From Squalus acanthias (lineage: Eukaryota), in contig CM059432.1 of NCBI GenBank assembly GCA_030390025.1, positions 127,908,001 to 127,972,000 of the forward strand: 64,000 nucleotides of DNA, in the 5' to 3' direction. This document shows, one piece after another, positions 48,492 to 61,832 of the stretch. Position 1 is the stretch's first letter; the number at the start of each line of letters is the position of its first letter. Under the pieces are notes generated by a model. That model saw only the letters and a list, made by a program, of their open reading frames with translations, did not search any database and was not told where the DNA came from. The position numbers and the translations under genes were made by a program.

Positions 48492-49671
48492 AATGAGAGA
48501 TTTTCTGATCAAATACAGTTGGGCATTTTCAAAATGCAGCATAGGCATTGTATAACATAGGTAGTTTCTGTCTCTAACAATTGAAAAGACCATTTAAGAT
48601 GATGACATGGTGGTTAGGGGTGAGGTCAAATACATTTTTTTTCTCAGCTCATCCCCAGCAGTCCTTTGCACTGAAAAATACTGCAAAATCTTCTCCAGAG
48701 GATTTTTGCAATTCACAATGTCTGAACCCTGAAGTATTTTTTAAAAAACAGACCTATTACCATCACAGTTACAAATTGGTAACTTCACAAGATCTCCATG
48801 ACAAAATTATTTTCTTTGATCTTATAACAAATTGGAGACGGGATCTGCAAAGTCTGTTGTGCTTCCTGTGTACTCCAATTGCTGATTCAGTTTCTGTCTG
48901 CTCCATCATTAGATCATCATTAGATAATCAACTCCCCCATTTCTGCTCCAGGACCATGGACAAGATAGAATTGATTAGATTGACTTTCCCTTTCTTGGAA
49001 AATGGATGTTCTTGTAATGTGTTTTTTCCTAAATTGTCAGATCTGGAGAAAAATGAGTCGAAAGGGCAAAGTCCACGATCTGGTAAGCTGATCACAGCCA
49101 GAACAGCAACATGGGTGCTACAGTTGCTAACAGCACCCTAGTTTAGGGCAGGGATAAATTGGTCAGGGTCCTGGCTCCTTTGATTTTACAGTGACCACTG
49201 CTGGAAGCAAATGATTGAGGACGGTATCTGCCTACACTGCGATATCCTCCACAGTTGGACAGGCTGCTTATACATAAATTACCACTTCTGTCAGCATTTA
49301 CTTGTGGGACCTCAGGAGGGAGTCAACACCTGGAGGAGAAAAGAGGAAATTAAAATGGGTAAAGGTGATGCTGGTAATCAAATACTGGTCTCTGAAGTCA
49401 TGTTCTTGGACATTTGGGATTTTAGCAGTGCCTGTGCTATTCTCCGTGCCACAGGAGAAACCTCGTCTGTTTGGCTAGGTTCTTTAGATGGACCAAGTTA
49501 GCTTCTATTTTATGACTGGCTAAAGATACTATTTGCCTTTATCTGGCTGTAATAGATGCCATAGTGGCTTCTTGCACGTGATGGAATGAGATTGAGCATG
49601 TTGTATGTCAACTTCTAATGAGGCCCAGGCAAAAAAAAATTAAAATGTAAACAGTGACATCAACAAAAACA

Positions 49672-51215
49672 AAAATTTATATAGTGCCTTTAATGTAGAA
49701 AACATCCCAAGCTGCTTCAGAGAAGTGTAATCAGACACAAATGGTCACTAAGCCAAAGAAGGAGATATTAAGAGGGGAGACCAAAAGCTTGGTCAAAGAG
49801 GTGAATTTTAAGAAGGGTCATAAAGGAGAAGAGGGAATTGAATAGGTGGAGGGATTTGGAGACAGAATTCCAGACCGTGGAGCTGAGATGGCTGAAGGCA
49901 CAGGCATCAATGCTGAGGCGAAGGGAGCGGGGGATGCATGAGGGCAAATTCAGAGGAACCAGATGGGTTATATATAGAGGTGTTTATATATAGAGGGTGG
50001 TGCAAAGCCATGAAAGAATTTAAACATGAGAATGAAAATTTTAAATTGGCTATGACCAGGAACCAATGTAGGTCAGGGAAAACAGGGATGATGGGTGAGC
50101 AGGACTTGGTGCAGGCTAGGACATGGGCAGCAGAGTTTTGCATGAGCTGAAGTTTACAAAGGCTGAAGAATGGGAGGTTGACCAGGAGAGCATTGAAATA
50201 GTTCATGGCCTGAGTGAAGGTTTCAGCAGCAGATGGGTGGAGGTGGGTGATGTTACAGAGGTGGATGTAGGTGGTCTTTGTAATGGAGAGGATTTGAGGT
50301 CGGAAGTTCAGCTGAGGGTCATATATAGGATGCAAAAATTCTGGGTCATATAGGATGTGAACAAACTGGTTCAGCCTGAGACAGTGGCCAGGGAATGGGA
50401 TGGAATCTGTGCTGAAGGTGCAAAGTTTCCAGCAGAGGCAAAGACGATGGCTTTGTTCTTCCCAATGGATGAAATTATGGCTCATCTGAGATTGGTTGTT
50501 GGACAAGCAGTCTGAAAGCATGGAAAGGTTGAGAGTTGGTCATCACCGTGCATGTGGAAGTTGACCCCATGTCTTAAGATGATGTCACCCAGGGACAGCA
50601 TGTTGATGAAGGGCTGGGGGAGTGGGGGGTGCAATGCTAGATCCTTGGGGGACTTGAGATGTAACTGTGGCAGTGAGAAGAAAAGCCATTGCTGGACATG
50701 TTCTGGCTTTGATTGACGAAGGTAATCCCACTGAGGTGGACAATGAAGCAGAGTTGTTGGCGGGAGGATGCTTAACTATGTCAAAGGCTGCATAGAGGAT
50801 GAAGAGAATAATACACCATGGTCACAATCACAGATTATATAATTTGTGACTTCGATTAGGTCCGTTTCAGGGCTGTGGCAGGGATGAAACCTGGTTGGAG
50901 AGATCGAAACATGGAGTTGCAGGAAAGATGGGCACGGATTTGGGAGGTGACAAGAAAAAGGAAGTTGGAGATGGGCTGGTAGTTTGCAAGGACAGAGGGA
51001 TTGAGGGTGGGTTTTTGAAGAGGGGGTGATGGCAGTTTTGAAAGGGAACAGAGGCAGCTGAACAGATGGACTCAATTTTGGTGAAAAAGAAGTCCATGAG
51101 CTTCTCAAACTTGTAGGTGGAGGGGGCAGGGGAGAGGGGATTAAGGAGATTGTTGATCACAGAGAAAAGAAGCTGGGGAGTTATCTCTGCTCTCCAGAAT
51201 GATCCTGGAGTAGTG
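49672..51215 (-). mobile_element. L2 LINE 3' region
   Basis: KLQLMQNSAAHVL...IIPVFPDLHW and HSPETDLIEVTN; L2 tail at ~49675. Confidence 0.85.
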
Positions 51216-51314
51216 GGCAGTATTGGAAGAGGAGGCCCAATAACTAATCCAGTAGTGTGCCAGATGTGCTCAAGTCTAAAAAGTACCTTTTTAGGCTTGA
51301 AGGAGGAAAGATGG

Positions 51315-51795
51315 AAGCAGAAAATGCTGGAAATACTCAGCAGGTCAGGCAGCATCTGTGGAGAGAGAAACCGAGTTAACGTTTCAGGTCGATGACCCTT
51401 CGTCAGAACTGGAAAAAGCTGGAGATGGAACAGATTTTAAGCAAGTGTAGGGGCAGGGAAAGGGGGGAGGGGAGGACTGTGATAGGATGGAAGGCAGGAG
51501 AGATTAAGAGACAAAGGGGATTATGGTGCAAGGCAAAAGGAGATGGAAATGGGACAAGTTAAGAAACAAAAGATGAGTCTAGATGAAGTGTAAATGGCAA
51601 TGGCTGAATGATCGACAGCTGCCATGTGAGAGAGAAAAAAAATGGAAAAAAAAATAGGGGCAGAGGTTATGGTCTGAAATTGTTGAACTCGATGTTGAGT
51701 CCAGAAGGCTGTAAAGTGCCTAATCTAAAGATGAGGTGCTGTTCCTCGAGCTTACATTGAACTCCATTGGAACAGTTCAACAGGCCGAGGACGAA
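51315..51795 (-). mobile_element. Penelope-like element, family B, 3' fragment
   Basis: Minus strand KLEEQHLIFRLGTLQPSGLNIEFNNFRP* followed by pLTR with hammerhead. Confidence 0.88.
51374..51410 (-). ncRNA. Minimal type I hammerhead ribozyme (family B), intact core
   Basis: Minus strand AGTT-CTGACGA-A-GGGTC-atc-GACCT-GAAA-CG-TT-AACT; palindromic helix III AACGTT. Confidence 0.85.
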
Positions 51796-51824
51796 GACCT
51801 TTTCTCTGTCATAAGGTCAGAAGT

Positions 51825-52965
51825 GGGGCTGGTCACTGATGATTGCATAGTGTTCAGCTCCATTTGCAGTTCTTCAGATGATTAAGCAGTCCATGTCTGC
51901 ATGCAGTAAGACCTGGACAACATCCAGGCTTAGGTTGATAAGTGGCAAATAATAATCGTGCCACACAAGTGCCAGACAATCTCCAACAAGAGAGCGCTTA
52001 ACCATCTCCCCTTGAGATTCAATACCATTGCCATTGCCGAATTCCCTACCATCAGCATCCTGAGGGTCACCTTTGACCAGAAACTAAACTGGATCAGCCG
52101 TGGCTACTAGAGCAGATCAGAGGCTGGGTATTCTGCAGTGAGTGACTCACCTTCTGACTCCCCAAAGCCTCTCCACCACCTACAAGGTACGTCAGGAGTG
52201 TGATGGAATACTCTCCATTTGCCTAGATGGGTGCAGCTGCAACAACACAAGAGGCTTGACACTATCCAGGACACAGCAGTCAGTTTGATCGACACCCCAT
52301 TGATCAGCTTAAATATTTTCTGGGATTTGGGCATCGCTGGCAAGGCCAGCATTTATTGCCCATCCCTAATTGCCCTCGAGAAGGTGGTGGTGAGCAACCT
52401 TCTTGAACCGTTGCAGTCCGCAAGGTGAAGGTACTCCCATAGTGCTGTAAGGGAGGCAGTTTCAGGATTTTGACCCAGCGACTATGAAGGAACGGCGATA
52501 TATTTCCAAGTCAGGATGGTGTGTGACTTGGAGGGGAACTTGGAAGTGATGGTGCTCCCATGCACCTGCTGCCCTTGTCCTCCTCGGTGGTCGAGGTCAT
52601 GGGTTTGGGAGGTGCTGTCGAAGAAATATTTGCTCCCTCCACTCTGCCTGCAGTGTGTAGTCGCTAAAGTTTCTTGGGCATAACCTCCCAAACCCACGAC
52701 CTCCACCACCTAGAAGGACAAGGGCAGCAGGTGCATGGGAATGCCCTCACCGCTAAGTTTCTCTCCACGTCACACACCATCCCGGCATGGACATATATTG
52801 CCGATCCTTCTTCGTCGCTGGGTTAAAATCCTGGAATTCCCTACCTAACAGCATTGTTTGGGAGTACCTTCACCACATGGACTGCACCAGTTTAAGGAGG
52901 GCAACTATGGATGGCAATAAATGCTGCCCTTGCGAGTGACCACCATATCTCGAGACTGAATAAAT
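51825..52965. mobile_element. Second-family LINE fragment (+) with an inverted 3'-end copy (~52318-52625, -) inside
   Basis: Both parts are homologous to 17400-18320. Confidence 0.8.
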
Positions 52966-53119
52966 AATTAGAAAAAGGTAAGCAAGATTAATAGTTTTGG
53001 TCTAAGCTACATGGTCTATCAGCATAATGGCCTGGATTTTGCGATCAGCGGCGAAGTGATGGTGCTCACCGCTGACTTCGAAAAAAGCTGCCTTTTGGGA
53101 GAGAGAATTCCAGATTTAT

Positions 53120-53275
53120 TTATATTTATCCCTCGACCAACATCACTAAAAACAGATTATCTGATCATTATCACATTGCTGTTTGTGGGACCTTGCTGTG
53201 CTCAGATCAGTTACCGCGTTTCGTACATTACAACAGTGAATACACTTCAACAGTAAAGCGCTTTGGGACGCTTTG
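53120..53275 (+). mobile_element. Deu-domain SINE 3' half
   Basis: CATTGCTGTTTGTGGGACCTTGCTGTGC...TACATTACAACAGTGA...AAAGCGCTTTGGGACG. Confidence 0.75.
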
Positions 53276-53281
53276 GATCTT

Positions 53282-55893
53282 CTGCCAAACACCTTAAATC
53301 TGTATCCTCTGGTTCTCGACCCTTCCGCCAATGGGAACAGTTTCTCTCTCTACACTGTCTAGACCCCTCATGATTTTGAACACCTCTATAAATCTCCTCT
53401 AATTCTTCTCTGTTCCAAGGAGAACAACCCCAGCCTTTCCAGTCTATCCACATAACTGAAATCCCTCATCCCTGGAACCATTCTTGTAAATCTTTTCTGC
53501 ACCCTCGCTAAAGCCTTCACATCCTTCCTAAAGTGTGGTGCCCAGAATTGGACACAATACTCCAGTTGTGGCCGAACCAGTGTTTTATAAAGGTTCTTCA
53601 TAAATTCCTTGTTTTTCTACTCTACCTCTATTTATAAAGCCCAGGATACCGCAAGCTTTTTTAACCGCTTTCTCAATCTGCCCTGCCACCTTTAACGATT
53701 TGTGCATATATACCCCCAGGTCTCTCTGTTCCTGCACCCCCTTTAAAATTGTACTCTTTGGTTTATATTGCCTCTCCTCGTTGTTCCTACCAATCACTTT
53801 GCACTTTTCTGCGCTAAATTTCATCTGCCACGTGTCCACCCATTCCACCAGCCTGTCTATATCCTCTTGAAGTCTATCCCTATCCTCCTTACTGTTCACT
53901 ATACTTCCATAGAAACATAGGAGCAGGAGTAGGCCATTCGGCCCTTCAAGCCTGCTCCGCCATTCAATATGATCATGGCTGATCCTCTATCTCAATACCA
54001 TATTCCCGCTCTCTCCCCATACCCCTTGACGCCTTTTGCGCCTAGAAATTTATCTATCTCCTTCTTAAATATATTTAGTGACTTGGCCTCCACAGCCTTC
54101 TGTGGTAGAGAATTCCACAGGTTCACCACCCTCTGAGTGAAGAAATTTCTCCTCATCTCAGTCCTAAATGTCCTTCCCCGTATCCTGAGACTGTGACCCC
54201 TCGTTCTAGAGCCCCCAGCTAGGGGAAACATCCTCCCTGCATCCAGTCTGTCCTAGCCCTGTCAGAATTTTATACATTTCAGTGAAGAATACCTCATTCT
54301 TCTAAACTCGAGTGAATACAGGCCTAGTCGACCCAATCTCTCCTCATACGATAGTCCTGCCATCCCAGGAATCAGTCTGGTGAACCTTCGCTGCACTCCC
54401 TCTATGGCAAGTATATCCTTTCTTAGGTAAGGAGACCAAAACTGCATACAGTACTCCAGGTGTGGTCTCACCAAGGTCCTGCATAACTGTAATAAAACAT
54501 CCTTGCTCCTGTACTCAAATCCTCTTGCAATGAAGGCCAGCATACCATTTGCCTTCCTAACTGCTTGCTGCACCTGCATGTTTTCTTTCAGTGACTGGTG
54601 TACAAGGACACCCAGGTCTCTTTGCACATCAACATTTCCCAATCTATAAGTGCAAATGTGAAATTGTACCCTGTACACCCAAGTCTAAGTCATTAATATT
54701 TATCAAGAAATGCAGTGGTTCTAGTACGGACCCCTGGGGAACACCACTGTATACCTTCCTCCAGTCCGAAAAAACAACAGTTCACCACTACTCTCGGTTT
54801 CCTGTCACTTAGCCAATTTCGTATCCATGCTGCCACTGTCCCTTTTATTCCATGGGCTTCAACTTTGCTGGCAAGCCTATTAGGTGGCACTTTATCAAAC
54901 ACCTTTTGGAAGTCCATGTACACCACGTCAACCGCATAGCTCTCGTCAACTTTTTCTGTTACCTCATCAAAAAATTCAATCAAGTTAGTTAACCGTGATT
55001 TGCCTTTAACAAATCTGTGCTGGCTTCTCTTAATTAATGCACGCTTGTCCAAGTGACAATTTTGTCCCGGGTTATCGTTTCTAAAAGCTTCCCCACTACC
55101 GAGGTTAAACTGATTGGCCTGTAGTTGCTGGGTTTATCCTTGCAACCTTTACACAAGGGTGTAACATTTGCAGTCCTCTGGCAGCCTGCCCTCCCCCCCG
55201 GGTATCTAAGGAGATTGGAAGATTGTGGCCAGTACCTCCTCAATTTCCATTTTTACTTCCCTCAGTATCCTAGGATGCATCCCATCTGGTCCTGGTGACT
55301 TATCTACTTTCAGTACAGCCATCCTTTCTAGTGCCTCCTCTTTATCAATTTTTATCCCATCCAGTATCTCAACTACCTACTCTTTCACTATGACTTTGGC
55401 AGCATCATCTTCCTTGGTAAAGACAGATGCAAAGTACTCATTTAGTACCTCAGTCATGCCCTCTGCCTCCATGCGTAGGTCTCCTTTTTGGTCCCTAATC
55501 GGCTCCACCCCTCCTCTTACTACCCGTTTACTATTTACATGCCTATGGAAGACTTTTGGATTCCTTTTTATGTTAGCTGCCAGTCTATTCTCATACTCTC
55601 TCTTTGCCCCTTATTTCCTTTTTCACTTCCCCTCTGAACTTTCTGTATTCAGCCTGGTTCTCACTTGTATTCTCAACCTGGCATCTGTCACACGCGCCCT
55701 TTTTTCTGCTTCATCTTACTCTATCTCTTTCGTCATCCAGGGAGCTCTGGTTTTGGTTGCCCTACCTTTCCCCCTCGTGGGAGTGTACCTCGACTGTACC
55801 CGAACCATCTCCTCTTTAAAGGCATCCCATTGTTCAATTACAGTTTTGCCTGGCCTTCTTTGATTCCACTTTACCCGGGCCAGGTCCGTTCTC
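53282..55893 (-). mobile_element. CR1 LINE with a second CR1 3' fragment nested at ~53908-54646
   Basis: Duplicated C-terminal motifs (LVRPxLEYC twice); an internal CATAGAAACATAGG tail at 53908 marks the nested copy. Confidence 0.9.
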
Positions 55894-57953
55894 AACCCAA
55901 ACACTGCAAAGGCAATATCACTTTGGAGTGATTTAAAATGTGCAGTATAATTACCCTGCTAAATGTGTTGTGTTTTCACACTGATGCTAAAACTGTGAAA
56001 ACCTGGGTACAACAAGTCTTTGTTTAAAATAAATCTTTCTAAATACAGTTTGAGAATAAACTTGAGTGCCGATTGAAGTTCTTCCAGATTTTTTAAAATT
56101 CGATTCTGACAAAAGTTGGGACACAGTTCATTTTTTTGAACTCTGAATGCAAGAATGGTCCAAATCAAAAATATCTTGTGGTGCTTGCACTGCAGCTATC
56201 ATAAAATCATGAATACATTTTCTGGCACAAAGCTTTTTACTTTCATACTTTATTTTAAGCATCATATGCAAACAATTTCCTGTATTCCTGCCCTTCCTGC
56301 CACGTGACCTAATATACCAGAGGACTTATGACAATTGTCAGCTTTTTATACTTCCTTTCTTCTTGTCGCAATTTGAATCATAGCAGGCTCTTCAATAAAA
56401 CTAATTACTGCAGTATTTTCTCTGAAGAATAAACGTACACTAGCTTAACCTTGAAGAGGCTATAAAAAGAAAGACAGCAAAACTGCCAAAAGTGTCTACT
56501 GTGTGACTTATAGATATGGCATTAAGAAGCCTTTGTTTCATCCTGAAGTGATTTTGAGCCGAAGCATATGCTTGGTTGAGTAATATATCCTGGGACAAAA
56601 AGTCAGCTCTATGAATTGCATGCAATTTTTAATCTTTGTGCAAATTTTTTTCTGTGCAACTTAAGTCAAATAACTTAGAAATTTTATAATGGTAGGTAGA
56701 TAATATAAATAATACATGTGACATCTGTACTATTTGGTATTAATGAACCATATAATATCTTGCTGTAATTCAGTCACAAAATATTGCTTCAAAAATTTGT
56801 AGGCAACTGACTCAAACGTAAAAACCGGTCTGTATGAATATCATACCTGAGAGTACTGTCTTGCTGTATTCCCAGTGCTGCAGTTATCCTGAAGCTACCA
56901 GTTTAATAGCTGTATCTCTTGTTAAAGGTACGCATGAACAGAACAAAGTTGCACTGCTCTGTTTACTCCACTCTATTTTCATGCGTAGAAATGCTGCAAA
57001 TATAAACTATGCCCCCATCAACATCTTCCAAATGAAAACCTTTAATTTTCATGGACATGATATTTAATCTTTTTTAACATTAGAAACTTAAAAGCAATAT
57101 AGTCGACCACTTGGGCTCTCTTTGGTCTCTAATTTTGAAGTTGAAAATGTTGACCAACTGGTGTGAAGCTGAAATGGTGTTAGAGTGCCTCATTGGTTAA
57201 TGGTCAACAAAAATTGTAGCAATACTACAGATTCTGTCTTGGTATGATACAAAAATTGCATCAAACTGATCACTTAATTATCCCACTGACTTTCAAACCC
57301 AAACCTTTATCACATAACACACATAGGCAAACGGAATGTATGAGCATTCCCTGGACTTTACTTTACTTAGTATAATAGTGAATTGCAGAGTTCAAGAACA
57401 TGTTGCAATCTTGCTTGTTTTTCTCCGAGGAGAATTATTGAAGATTGTTATGCCTGCTAGCATCCTAAAGTATACAGAATTGTTTTAGTTCAGAATTGCG
57501 AAACCAAGTGATAGTGCAGGATACCACCAAGGTTGAAAACGGTAAAAGTGAGGACTGGATAAATCAGGACGTTGTGATCAGGTGCTACCAAGTTTGGGTT
57601 TTCAAAACCTAAAGGTTATATATAGGCAATTTCCTTTTAGTGCATGGATGAAGGAGTAATTTTATTGTTGCTGGGCACGGATAAGGCTGTCCTCAGGAAG
57701 TCTGCTTAAATATAGTTGGGAGATATAAATCTGCTGCTATAGAGTGTAAAATTCTTAATTTTCTGAAGTGCTTAGTTAGTCAAACGAATCAGTAAAAATG
57801 CTTTGCAACAATTAACTTGGAAACAAACATACATTTTGAGTAAAGAAGCTATCAAATTATGCAGTGCCATATAGGAGGTTGATTCCATAAGAGAGAAAAG
57901 TGTGAAATGGATGGGGAATTATTGAAGTGGATTGCCAACTGGCTGCTTCAAAG

Positions 57954-58044
57954 GAGAGGTCGCACAACACCAGGTTATAGTCCAACAGTTTTATTTGAAA
58001 TCACAAGCTTTCGGAGCTATCGATCGCCCCTTCCTCAGGTGAAG
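57954..58044 (-). mobile_element. Family A PLE mini-insert (hammerhead at 58001-58042 plus 3' segment) in an old CR1 fragment
   Basis: Minus strand TCAC-CTGAGGA-A-GGGGC-gatcgata-GCTCC-GAAAGCTT-GTGA...AATAAA...GCGACCTCTC; AAGGA on both flanks. Confidence 0.85.
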
Positions 58045-58912
58045 GAAACAGAGGGTGGTCATAGAGCTGTGTCAAAGTTGTGGCAAATTACTAGTGGGGT
58101 GCCCTAAGGATTCATTGCTAGGACTGTTGCTATTCATATTGTACGTAAATGATTTGGAAGTAAGGATAGAGACAAAACTGTCACAAAAATTGGAGACAAC
58201 AAGGTGGAGAAGGAGTTGCAAATAAATAGAGCAGGCTGTTCAGGTGCCGAGTCATCTAAATAGTTTGGGAAATTGGGCTGAGAAAAGCTAAATGAAATTC
58301 AGAGCTATACAGGAGACTAGACTCGGAGGACTAGAGAGCATAGGCTGGGGCCTAGGCCTGGAATTGGTTGCAGAGGTAAGATGCGACAAGGCCATAGAGG
58401 AATTTGTGGATGAGGATTTTGGTGCTTTGGGGGACAGGGAGCCAAAGGAAGTAGGTGAGGACAGAGGTGATGGTGCAGGACAGGATGTGGGCACCAGAGT
58501 TTTGAACAAGTTGCAATATGTGTAGGGTGGCGTTGTGTAAATGTGTAGCTTAATATTGCATATGCTCTCTTTCTTCCTTCTCCCCCCCCCCCCCCCCCCC
58601 CCACCCCCCACCCACCCCACCACCACCAATCAAGTACATATAGGCACTTGAGATATGGAAAGCTTCAAAAATACCCGTTACATCAACTAAGACTGCTCTC
58701 GGCAGCAAAAGTGGAGTTATGTGTGTGTCACCTTTTCCATGAGCTTAAGATGACAAATGTATGGAAATCTGAAATTAGTACTCAGACAATTTTTCCAGCA
58801 TTGTGCATTATCTGAGTTTGGTGGAAAGCCTTTATGTAAATGAGACCATTATGCTTGCAGAAATGCCAAGAATAATGGCTTTGCATGCCACATTCAACTC
58901 ATTCTAACTCTT

Positions 58913-59336
58913 CACGGTGGCATAGTGGTTAGCACTGGTGCCTCACAGCGCCAGGGACCCGGGTTCGAATGTGGAGTTTGCACATTCTCCCCGTGTCTGC
59001 GTGGGTTTCCTCCGGGTGCTCCGGTTTCCTCCCACAGTCCAAAAATGTGCGGGTTAGGTTGATTTGGCTATGATAAATTGACCCTTAGTGTTAGGGGGGG
59101 ATTAAATATGTGGGGTTACGGGGATAGGATGGGATATGTTAGGGGGAATTAAATACGTGGGGTTACGGGGATAGGGTGGGATATGTGTCTGTGCAGGCTC
59201 GATGGGGATTCTGTGTGAGAAAGCAGGGACAGGGTACTGGATTTGGATGATCAGCCATGATCGTATTGAATGGTGGAGCAGGCTCGACGGGCCGAATGGC
59301 CTACTCCTGCTCCTAGTTTCTATGTTTCTATTTCTA
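58913..59336 (+). mobile_element. V-SINE (HE1-like), near full length
   Basis: A-box TGGCATAGTGG, B-box GGTTCGAAT, V-domain, CR1/HER1-type tail ending TATGTTTCTA. Confidence 0.9.
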
Positions 59337-60061
59337 AGTATATACCACTAATGCGATGAAATGCAGGATAACAGTTTTCCCTTTGGTACAGCAGTTATTG
59401 ACCTGGGTTCACCAACATTTTTGACACTAATAGTCAAGGGCAAGTATTGTACTACACTCCGATTTCCAGAATTAATCAGCCACTAGATTGATGTATATTG
59501 AAACAGAAATTGTGGGAAAAATGCAAAAATTAGCCACTAGCCACCTGCATCAAATTACACTTTCTTTTTGATGGTTAATGTTTTCTTCTGAACATTAAGA
59601 AAACTTCTCTAAAGTTAGCACCCACTTACTGCAATGTACTGAGTACGCAAGGTTGCAGTTACATTATTGATTTGATGTGGACTGAATATGTTGATAACCT
59701 AAAGAGCATGAACGAGAAGTAAGTGAGGAGCTTGTTTTTATCCTTAAAGGGGTTAGCTTCTTGGACAGTAAACTTGGAAGCGCTGTGAATTTGTTTATTA
59801 AACCTGCATTAATGGGTGCTTGGTTTATTGAAATCTCTATTACCTCATGGACATGAATACAAAAGGTACTAGTGTATTCTCTGGGACTGTACCAAACTAA
59901 TCTGGTAAAATCCTTTAACTTCTGCAAGCAGTTCCGTAATGCTCTTGTTCTCTGTAAAAATGTATCTGGATTAAGTAGTGCATGAAATCGGAAGGTAATT
60001 TTAGGGGTATGCTTTTTATGCTCTGCATCCCCAGTAGCATGACTTCCTGAGGTCTTGTAGC

Positions 60062-60113
60062 TCTGAAATTGGCTCTCAAGCAGTTCTGAAATTGGCTCTC
60101 AAGCAGTTCTGAA
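60062..60113. repeat. 23-bp tandem duplication
   Basis: TCTGAAATTGGCTCTCAAGCAGT twice plus a partial unit. Confidence 0.9.
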
Positions 60114-60119
60114 GTCAAA

Positions 60120-60330
60120 ATTGAAAACAAAATCAGAAAAATCTGGAAATACTAAGCAGGTAAGGAAGCATCTGTGGAGAAACCGATCAGTAATAGACGT
60201 TTCACATCTAAAAATCGTTTCTTAGACCTGAAACACCGACTGACTTGTGTTTCTCTGCAGCTATTGCCTGATCTGAATATTTCCAACCTTTTCTGTTTTT
60301 GTTTTCCAATTTCCAGCATCTGCAGTATTT
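60120..60330. mobile_element. Old minimal fold-back PLE, family B
   Basis: Minus-orientation 3' module (GGAAATACTAAGCAGG...GCATCTGTGGAGA) facing a plus-orientation module ending in tail TTTCCAGCATCTGCAGTATTTT. Confidence 0.7.
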
Positions 60331-60332
60331 TA

Positions 60333-61832
60333 ACATAAAAACATAGAAGATAGGAGCAGGAGTAGGCCATTCGGCCCCTCGAGCCTGCTCCGCCATTCAA
60401 TACGATCATGGCTGATCATCCAAATTCAGTACCCTGTCCCTTCTATCTCCCCATATCCCTTGATCCCCTTAGCCTTAAGAAATATATCTAACTCCTTCTT
60501 GAATATATTTAATGAATTGGACTCAACTGTCTTCTTTGGTAGAGAATTCCACAGGTTCACCACTCTCTGGGTGAAGAAATTCCTCCTCATCTCGGTCCTA
60601 AATGGCTTACCCCTTATCCTTAGACTGTGACCCCTGGTTCTGGACTCCCCCGCCATCGGTAACATCCTTCCTGCATCTAGTCTGTCTAGTCCTGTTAGAA
60701 TTTTATAAGTTTCAATGAGATCCCCTCATTCTTCTAAACTCTAGCGAATACAAGCCCAATCGACCCAATCTCTCTTCATACGTCATTCTTGCCATCCCAG
60801 GTATCAGTCTGGTGAATCTTCGCTGCACTCCTTCCATGGCAAGAACATCCTTCCTCAGGTAAGGCGACCAAAACTGCACACAATACTCAAGGTGTGGTCT
60901 CACCAAAGCCCTGTACAACTGCAGCAAGACCTCCTTGCTCCTGTACTCGAATCCTCTTGCTATGAAGGCCAACATACCATTTGCCGCCTTAACCGCCTGC
61001 TGCACCTGCATGCTTACCTTCAGCGACTGGTGCACAAGGACACCCAGGTCTCTCTGCACTTCCCCTTTTCCCAATCTATTGTCGTTCAGATAATCTTCCT
61101 TCCTGTTTTTGCCACCAAAGTGGATAACCTCGCATTTATCCACATTGGGCAGATGCATGGCAGATGCAGTATAATCACCCAACCTGTCCAAATCATACTG
61201 GAGTTTATCTGCATCCTCCTCACAGCACACACGCCCACCCAGCTTTGTGTCGTCTGCAAACTTGGAGATATTACATCTAGTTCCCTCGTCTAGATCATTA
61301 ATATATATTGTGAATAACTGGGGTCCTAGCACCGATCCCTGCGGTACCCCACTAGTCACTGCCTGCCACTCGGAAAAAGACCCGTTTATTCCAACTCTTT
61401 GCTTCCAGTCTGCCAACCAGTTCTCTATCCAAGACAGTACCTTACCCCCAATCCCATGTGCTTTAACTTTGCACGCTAATCTCTTATGCGGGACCTTATC
61501 GAAAGCCTTCTGAAAGTCCAAATACACCACATCCACTGGTTCTCCCTTATCTATTCTACCAGTTACATCTTCAAAAAATTCCATTAGATTAGTCAAGCAT
61601 GATTTACCTTTTGTAAATCCATGTTGACTTTGTCCGATCCTGTCACTGTTTTCCAAGTGCTCTGCTATTACATCTTTTATAATGGACTCCAGCATTTACC
61701 CCACTACCGATGTCAGACTTACCAGTCTATAATTCCCTGTTTTCTCTCTACCACCTTTTTTAAATAGTGGAATTACATTAGCTACCCTCCAATCCATGGG
61801 AACTGTTCCAGAGTCTATAGAATTTTGGAAGA
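60333..61832 (-). mobile_element. Young CR1 (HER1-like) LINE 3' half with 327-codon open RT stretch
   Basis: [51 protein letters not shown]1 tail. Confidence 0.95.

Noticed and set aside
48581..49141. 186-aa ORF
   Set aside because: Non-ATG start and no recognisable domain.
59920..60000. Host exon ending at AAG/GTAATT
   Set aside because: No convincing acceptor or recognisable peptide; cannot be supported without RNA data.
60062..60113. CRISPR-like repeat
   Set aside because: Two adjacent units without spacers in eukaryotic DNA; a simple tandem duplication.
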